Source: a virus
Lineage: Duplodnaviria > Caudoviricetes
Reading direction: 5' to 3' (one strand)
IMG/VR virus record: IMGVR_UViG_3300048576_000577
Location: 1 to 31,169 of that record
DNA: 31,169 bases
Below, in pieces: positions 26,543 through 31,169 of the stretch (position 1 is the stretch's first letter; the number at the start of each line of letters is the position of its first letter). The notes beneath the pieces are model-generated. The model ran no database searches. It saw nothing but the letters and a program-made list of their open reading frames with translations, and was not told where the DNA came from. A program made the position numbers and the translations under genes.

Positions 26543-26597
26543 ATAACCTATAAATCCTTCGAGACCGTCCTGTTGCACCAGGCGGTCTCTTCCTTTT
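26543..26597 (+). ncRNA. Putative ~55-nt antisense small RNA
   Basis: Consensus promoter, no ORF, then GAGACCG-T-CCTG-TTGCAC-CAGG-CGGTCTC-TTCCTTTT hairpin terminator. Confidence 0.6.
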
Positions 26598-26634
26598 ACC
26601 AGCAAAGTTTCTTTTTCAATTTCGGTCCCTCCCT

Positions 26635-27300
26635 TCATACCGTCAGCGGCTTAGCGCTGATCTCATCCATGAACCTCATGACCTCTCTAGAATATCCCGT
26701 ACTATACCGGCCCATGTCCCAGAGATCCTGAGCAATATTTCCTCCCATGTTGTAAACCATCAGGATCCTTTCCGGATCCGTGTTATTCTTGCAGATCCCG
26801 GAGAGCCAGAAGATCCCGGCCTCGATGTTCTGCTTTGGATCCATTAGATCGGTCACACCCAGGGCATCCTCCAGATATTTCATATTGTCCTTCCGGATCT
26901 GCATAATCCCGCAGTCGCCTCCCGGACTGACCGCATCTGTCTTAAATCCGCTTTCCTCCTGCATGATCGCCAGCACCATCACATAGTCGACGTCATACTG
27001 GATGCACTTCTGATATGTATATTCCTGCAGATCACTTGAAAGCGGGATATCATAGAGCGGCGCTTTCGGCTCCGGCTGCGTCACAGTCTGAACTGCGGCC
27101 GGCGTCGTGTCCGGCAGCTCCGGCAGATCTTCAGGAGCAAGCCCGCAAACAGAATCGATTCTCATAAAGCTGATAAAGGCGACTGCGAATATGAGACCGA
27201 TCAGCATAAGCCTCTTCCTGATTCTCCGATACTTGCGATACTGGCTCCTGCTCTCACTAGAGGCAAACCTGGAATCCTTCCGGAATAAAATCTTTAACAT
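26635..27300 (-). CDS. Membrane-anchored lytic transglycosylase (SLT domain)
   Basis: LAIMQEESGF, GIMQI, DPKQNIEAG, YNMG; N-terminal basic stretch plus TM helix. Confidence 0.9.
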   Translation of the reverse strand: MLKILFRKDSRFASSESRSQYRKYRRIRKRLMLIGLIFAVAFISFMRIDSVCGLAPEDLPELPDTTPAAVQTVTQPEPKAPLYDIPLSSDLQEYTYQKCIQYDVDYVMVLAIMQEESGFKTDAVSPGGDCGIMQIRKDNMKYLEDALGVTDLMDPKQNIEAGIFWLSGICKNNTDPERILMVYNMGGNIAQDLWDMGRYSTGYSREVMRFMDEISAKPLTV

Positions 27301-27682
27301 TGCCCTCAACCTCCTTCAAATCCGGGATATACATCTTCCCCAGCAGAGCGTCACGATACTCATGATCGTATTCGTCACGATTGTGCTCCCATTTCGCGGC
27401 CATCCCATATTGTCTCTTAACTCGATATTCATAGATCAATTGCTGAGCGGCTTCGAGATCTCTCTGGATCTCACCGATGCTCCGGGGCTTAACGCAGCGG
27501 CGCTTACGATATTCTTTAATCCGCTCGATGCTGTCCTGCAGCCGGATCACATACCCTTCCGGCCCTTCCTCCCTGGCCTCTGTGAGCATATCCGTCAGGA
27601 CTACGATCGCCTCTTCAGCTTCTTTCCGGCTGACCGGGCGACCCTCGTTCATGGTTTCAAAAATGGCCAGTGATGAGTTCAT
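27257..27682 (-). CDS. Hypothetical protein
   Basis: GGAGG RBS; coupled ORF. Confidence 0.75.
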   Translation of the reverse strand: MNSSLAIFETMNEGRPVSRKEAEEAIVVLTDMLTEAREEGPEGYVIRLQDSIERIKEYRKRRCVKPRSIGEIQRDLEAAQQLIYEYRVKRQYGMAAKWEHNRDEYDHEYRDALLGKMYIPDLKEVEGNVKDFIPEGFQVCL

Positions 27683-28041
27683 CAGATTTCCTCCTTATAG
27701 ACCTCCGTGTCCGTCCGGACAACCGCGATCTTATCCTTGGAAGTTAAGGCGACCGTGACTTTTGTCGTTCCATCGAGCTTGACGCTGGCCGAACCTATAA
27801 CTCCGAAATTAACGGCAGCGACTATGCGCTGGACCAGGTCGACCGTCTCTCCGGAGAAGTCCTTGAAATCTCTTTCGACGATTACTCTGGCGTTATCGAT
27901 CCGCCGGGCAGACTGGCCCTCTTCACAGGAGCAGGCTGCGGTGACTTTCCTGTCAGCGTCTTCTTCTGTCTCAGCTTCAATCATCTGAGACTGTTTGCAA
28001 AACTTACATGTACCTGTCAGCATTTTTCTTTCGTTTGGCAT
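27682..28041 (-). CDS. Hypothetical protein (CxxC..CxC)
   Basis: GTCKFCKQ..CSC; GGAAGGA RBS. Confidence 0.8.
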   Translation of the reverse strand: MPNERKMLTGTCKFCKQSQMIEAETEEDADRKVTAACSCEEGQSARRIDNARVIVERDFKDFSGETVDLVQRIVAAVNFGVIGSASVKLDGTTKVTVALTSKDKIAVVRTDTEVYKEEI

Positions 28042-28225
28042 CTCGTTTCATCCTTCCTTTTGATCCTTCATTCCGAGGCTGGCTTTGAGCCTTTTTGCCT
28101 GGCTGCCGATCCCGGCCGACGGCTGCCTTCTGTTCACAATGCGGGCAAACATATCCGTCCCGTCCTACCTTAGCGAGATCGCTGACCACCCAAGGTAGTC
28201 CACACTTGATGCAGATCCTATTCAA
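28004..28225 (-). CDS. Small Zn-ribbon protein
   Basis: GGAGG RBS with TTG at 28225; CIKC..CPHC. Confidence 0.65.
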   Translation of the reverse strand: MNRICIKCGLPWVVSDLAKVGRDGYVCPHCEQKAAVGRDRQPGKKAQSQPRNEGSKGRMKRDAKRKKNADRYM

Positions 28226-28604
28226 TCGGATCGCCTCCCGGACGTTCACCGCTGGCGAAGCAAGCAAGCATATCATCCAAAGCATCCTTAATGGCGAAGG
28301 CCTGCTCCACCGTGTCGGTGATGAAGGGATATTCAACTTCATTGTTCCGATACGATTCGATTTTGACCATATAGCTGATTTGCTTTTCCGAATTCCGGTG
28401 AACAATTACCTTGATGGACAGAATCTCTTCCACTGCCACCTCGTATGCGATCTTGTCCTCGCATTTCCAGCTATACTCTGACCACTTCAGCCCTACACCG
28501 TCATAGTCTCCGAAGCCCCTGGGCTTTTGCCAGACTGGATAAACTTCTCTCTCTGCGATCCTCTCCGCTGCGTACTGCTTCAGATCTATTCCCTTTGCTT
28601 TCAT
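28218..28604 (-). CDS. Hypothetical protein
   Basis: Coupled ORF with RBS. Confidence 0.7.
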   Translation of the reverse strand: MKAKGIDLKQYAAERIAEREVYPVWQKPRGFGDYDGVGLKWSEYSWKCEDKIAYEVAVEEILSIKVIVHRNSEKQISYMVKIESYRNNEVEYPFITDTVEQAFAIKDALDDMLACFASGERPGGDPIE

Positions 28605-28611
28605 TGGCAAC

Positions 28612-28821
28612 CTACCTCTCACTGACCGCCTGGATGATGTCCTTCAGGATCTCCAGCCGGCTATCTCTGGCAATATCCACAAATTGGCTTCGGCCTGAGC
28701 TGTATGTGATTTCTACCGTCTCATCGTCATACAGGACAGCCTTATCGATTCCCACATCCGCCGCCTGCAGGACCATCCCGACGGCCCGGACGAATGCAGC
28801 TGTGTTTACCTTGACTTCCAT
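28612..28821 (-). CDS. Hypothetical phage protein
   Basis: GGAGG RBS before MEVKVNT; ETVEITY..G..VDIARDS. Confidence 0.75.
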   Translation of the reverse strand: MEVKVNTAAFVRAVGMVLQAADVGIDKAVLYDDETVEITYSSGRSQFVDIARDSRLEILKDIIQAVSER

Positions 28822-28835
28822 GACCCCTCCTCTTA

Positions 28836-28885
28836 TTTCCTTGATTTTCCATTGCGCCGGTGATACACTCTCCTTTGAAAGGAGG
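28836..28885 (+). promoter_or_regulatory. 50-bp promoter+RBS repeat, copy 1
   Basis: TTGATT-17-TACACT with extended TG, then AAAGGAGG; 45/50 identical to 30171-30220. Confidence 0.88.
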
Positions 28886-28893
28886 TGGTTGAA

Positions 28894-29148
28894 ATGAATC
28901 AAGATGAATTATTTTCATTGATCAGCGACACGGCAGCCGATACGATTAATGCAAACCTTGATTATATTGAGAAACAACATAGGAAAGAGATGGAATCTTT
29001 CCTGTCCGAAAACAAAGACCCGGACTACCACACATACATCAGCCGTTTGCTTCAAGTTTACCTGCGAACCGCTATTGAACTCAGCACATCCAATACACTC
29101 AGCGTTCTAAAGTCCCTTGGTCTCGACGTGACTTCTCCGGAAGAATAG
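28894..29148 (+). CDS. Counter-oriented (moron-like) hypothetical protein
   Basis: Own promoter and AAAGGAGG RBS; 84 aa, predicted helical. Confidence 0.8.
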   Translation: MNQDELFSLISDTAADTINANLDYIEKQHRKEMESFLSENKDPDYHTYISRLLQVYLRTAIELSTSNTLSVLKSLGLDVTSPEE

Positions 29149-29626
29149 TCGGTACGGCAAGATCAGTAGCTGAGTATTTACACAGCGAATCAATTGACTT
29201 TTTTACTTCTTCCACAAGCAAAAGCAATTGGTTCGCTTTTTCAATTGCCATATCCAACTCAGTCGAATCGACACTCAATCTAAGAGCAGACTTGTTCGGC
29301 GCCACCTCCGCAGCAGATTCATCCTCCAGCGCGCAGTTTTCTCCCTGATCCTTCAGCCGTTGCTGCTTTCCAATTTCATAATCAAGCTTTTCAAGGATTT
29401 GGCCTAAACCCTGAATGTCAAGGTCTCCCCACTTCCATGTATGAGCCTTTGGCAACTCAACACTTACCTCATTGACATCCAGCATTCTAGACAAAGTATT
29501 TATGATTTCACAAGACATCGTCTTCTTGTCCTTACTGACTGCATCTTGCCCGAGGAGATCCAACTGCTTCAACAAAACCTCTTCAGTCTTCTCCATCAAC
29601 TTCCGATCAAATCTAAAATATTTCAT
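29099..29626 (-). CDS. Hypothetical protein
   Basis: GGAGG RBS before MKYFRF; overlaps the 3' end of the convergent + gene by 50 bp. Confidence 0.7.
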   Translation of the reverse strand: MKYFRFDRKLMEKTEEVLLKQLDLLGQDAVSKDKKTMSCEIINTLSRMLDVNEVSVELPKAHTWKWGDLDIQGLGQILEKLDYEIGKQQRLKDQGENCALEDESAAEVAPNKSALRLSVDSTELDMAIEKANQLLLLVEEVKKSIDSLCKYSATDLAVPTILPEKSRRDQGTLER

Positions 29627-29640
29627 ATTTTCCTCCCTCT

Positions 29641-29916
29641 TCAACTCGCCGGCTGCTGCAGCTCCCAGCGGAGCACTGCGATCAGCTCGCCACAGGTATA
29701 ACTTTTATACTTTTCCGATTTCTCCTTCGCCGTCCGGATCCCGCGCTCAACGTTCTGCCATTTGACATTGTTCTTCTGAGCGACCTCAGAATAAACACTT
29801 CCGATTCTCTCGCTGGAATCGTGACCGACTACCGCGTCGACGATGTACCTGAATCCGTCCAAATTTGGTTTAATACCTTCCTGAATCAGTTTTGCTTCAA
29901 CTTCTCTTTTCTCCAT
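29641..29916 (-). CDS. Spo0A C-terminal (effector) domain-only protein
   Basis: GIKPNLDGFRYIVDAV..VYSEVAQKNN..VERGIRTA..TCGELIA aligns by eye to Spo0A GVPAHIKGYLYLREAI..LYPDIAKKFN..VERAIRHA..TNSEFIA; no receiver domain. Confidence 0.85.
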   Translation of the reverse strand: MEKREVEAKLIQEGIKPNLDGFRYIVDAVVGHDSSERIGSVYSEVAQKNNVKWQNVERGIRTAKEKSEKYKSYTCGELIAVLRWELQQPAS

Positions 29917-29934
29917 TGCGCTTTACCTTTCCAA

Positions 29935-30141
29935 TCACTCCGCCAGTCTCAGCTTTGGGCTGTCCTGGACCGGGAAAAGGAAGTTCATGAGATCCGTTCC
30001 CCGCACATATGTGTTGCCTCTGATCCGGCTACTCTTTAGTCCGTCCTGGTTGACCATGTTATATACGGTGCCCTTACATACCCCAAGGCCTTCAGCGACC
30101 TCTTCAATTGTGTAGACACCATTCGGATTTACATCTAACAT
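29935..30141 (-). CDS. HTH_17 / excisionase-like DNA-binding protein
   Basis: YTIEEVAEGLGVCKGTVYNMV..GLKSSRIRG..VR..DL..F. Confidence 0.85.
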   Translation of the reverse strand: MLDVNPNGVYTIEEVAEGLGVCKGTVYNMVNQDGLKSSRIRGNTYVRGTDLMNFLFPVQDSPKLRLAE

Positions 30142-30170
30142 GTCCTGCTTCTCCTTTCTTCTATATAACG

Positions 30171-30220
30171 TTTCCTTGATTTTCCATCTCGTCGGTGGTA
30201 CACTCTCCCTTGAAAGGAGG
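30171..30220 (+). promoter_or_regulatory. 50-bp promoter+RBS repeat, copy 2
   Basis: TTGATT(30176)-17-TACACT(30199), then AAAGGAGG. Confidence 0.88.
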
Positions 30221-30227
30221 CGATTCC

Positions 30228-30455
30228 ATGATTCTGTTAAAATGCCATTGCGAATGCCAGATTTTGATGTCGAATAAAGATTTCTACAAGTCTAGCGAAT
30301 TTGACCGCCATCTTGTTTGCCCGGCTTGCGGTGCTCGGTTCAGCCATCTTGCTTCAAACCCTTCGTGCGTTTTGTTTGCTGATGCAGCAGAAGCTGGCTT
30401 CGAATTTTACAAACTACCTGATACAACTAAAATCGAATTCAAATTTATCCCATAG
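30228..30455 (+). CDS. Counter-oriented Zn-ribbon protein
   Basis: Own promoter and RBS; CHCEC..CPACG. Confidence 0.8.
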   Translation: MILLKCHCECQILMSNKDFYKSSEFDRHLVCPACGARFSHLASNPSCVLFADAAEAGFEFYKLPDTTKIEFKFIP

Positions 30456-30473
30456 CATCTACCTCTACTGAAG

Positions 30474-30704
30474 TCACGGGCGTTTTGTTAATGGCAGAGC
30501 GCCCAACTCTTCATCCATAATTCCTTTGGCCACTTTCATTATCTCAGTGCATCTCTCATCATTTCTTAGCCAATCTGCCATCGCTTCAAAGCGTCCCCTT
30601 ACTTCGCCGCATGTTTCACATCCTGATTTTATGTCCTCATACACCAAGGCAGCTGCCATTCTATTCGATGTTCTTACGATTTCACGGATCTTGTTGATAT
30701 CCAT
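30474..30704 (-). CDS. Hypothetical protein
   Basis: GAGGAGG RBS; directly downstream of cro. Confidence 0.75.
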   Translation of the reverse strand: MDINKIREIVRTSNRMAAALVYEDIKSGCETCGEVRGRFEAMADWLRNDERCTEIMKVAKGIMDEELGALPLTKRP

Positions 30705-30731
30705 TTTCGTTTACCTCCTCAAATTCGCACA

Positions 30732-30950
30732 TCATGCGACATACTGGCTAAAAAAAATGGCGTTCGCCTCTTCAGCATTCAGATCAAGAGCAGAGGCAAT
30801 CTTGTCAGCCTCCCTAATAGAGAATGTTTCTCCATCGGTATTGATCTTTCTGTAAAGCGTACTCCTATTGATTTCAATCTTGTCAGCCAGCACTTCGACC
30901 GTTAATCCCTTTTCAACGATTTTACCTTTTAATTTGTTTACGTTAACCAT
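30732..30950 (-). CDS. Cro-like HTH regulator
   Basis: NKLKGKIVEKGLT..LA..I.INRSTLY.KIN..FS..EA..I..L.L..IFF; divergent from cI. Confidence 0.9.
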   Translation of the reverse strand: MVNVNKLKGKIVEKGLTVEVLADKIEINRSTLYRKINTDGETFSIREADKIASALDLNAEEANAIFFSQYVA

Positions 30951-30972
30951 AAATATCTCCCTCCGAATTAAT

Positions 30973-31102
30973 TCGCATCCCATGCGATTGTCTAAATAAT
31001 AAATCTTATGGCGAAATTTGTCAATATTATTTTTGCGTTAAATGCGAATTATTTATTTTATTTTTAAATATTTGTTGCAATTATGCGAATTATATTTATA
31101 AT
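30973..31102. promoter_or_regulatory. Lysis/lysogeny switch: divergent promoters and operators
   Basis: Leftward TTGACA(31024-19)-17-TATTAT; rightward TTGCAA(31075)-16-TATAAT(31097); TCGCA-N5-TGCGA-type sites at 30973, 31033 and 31075. Confidence 0.8.
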
Positions 31103-31128
31103 AGTAGATAAAAAAGGAGGTTTCTTCT

Positions 31129-31169
31129 ATGACAGTAGGTGAAAGAATCAAAGCAAGACGCAAACTCTT
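31129..31169 (+). CDS. CI-like repressor, 5' end only (partial)
   Basis: AAGGAGG RBS; MTVGERIKARRKL is a typical XRE repressor N-terminus; divergent from cro. Confidence 0.8.
   Translation, partial: MTVGERIKARRKL

Larger units (their letters stand above)
431..31169 (-). mobile_element. Temperate siphovirus prophage (HK97-like head, likely cos packaging); continues past the right edge
   Basis: Ordered cI/cro, early, packaging, head, tail and lysis modules, bounded on the left by a tRNA 3' fragment. No integrase in the window. Confidence 0.97.

Noticed and set aside
3619-30274. Other TGTCGAA/TTCGACA hits inside coding regions (about 3619, 6724, 6796, 15780, 19298, 30268)
   Set aside because: Isolated and consistent with chance; they show the background rate for 0A-box calls.

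Overview
The window holds most of a temperate, HK97-type siphovirus prophage of a Clostridia-like (Firmicutes) host. It is integrated at a tRNA-Ser(CGA) gene whose displaced 3' fragment (att core, 431-489, minus strand) marks the left end. Almost all phage genes are on the minus strand. From the right they run: cI start and cro switch; an early operon (Xis-like HTH, Spo0A effector-domain-only protein, SLT transglycosylase, DUF3102, Myb-like, HNH, ASCH); a HUH rolling-circle Rep; DUF1064; HNH; terminase; head; tail with a -1 frameshift chaperone; fibres; an M15 endolysin with three membrane proteins; and a terminal XRE module. The integrase and the intact tRNA should lie beyond the right edge. 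The main leads are: (i) a phage Spo0A DNA-binding domain together with tandem perfect 0A boxes upstream of a promoter antisense to the terminal XRE repressor, a possible sporulation-sensing switch; (ii) a shared TTGATT-N10-YCGGTGRTACMCT promoter motif in three copies, two of them a 50-bp promoter+RBS direct repeat driving counter-oriented orphan genes; (iii) a consensus-promoter antisense sRNA; (iv) a HUH Rep with an adjacent hairpin; and (v) a tRNA-end-flanked mini-element on the host side. All product calls come from motif recognition by eye, with no database search.
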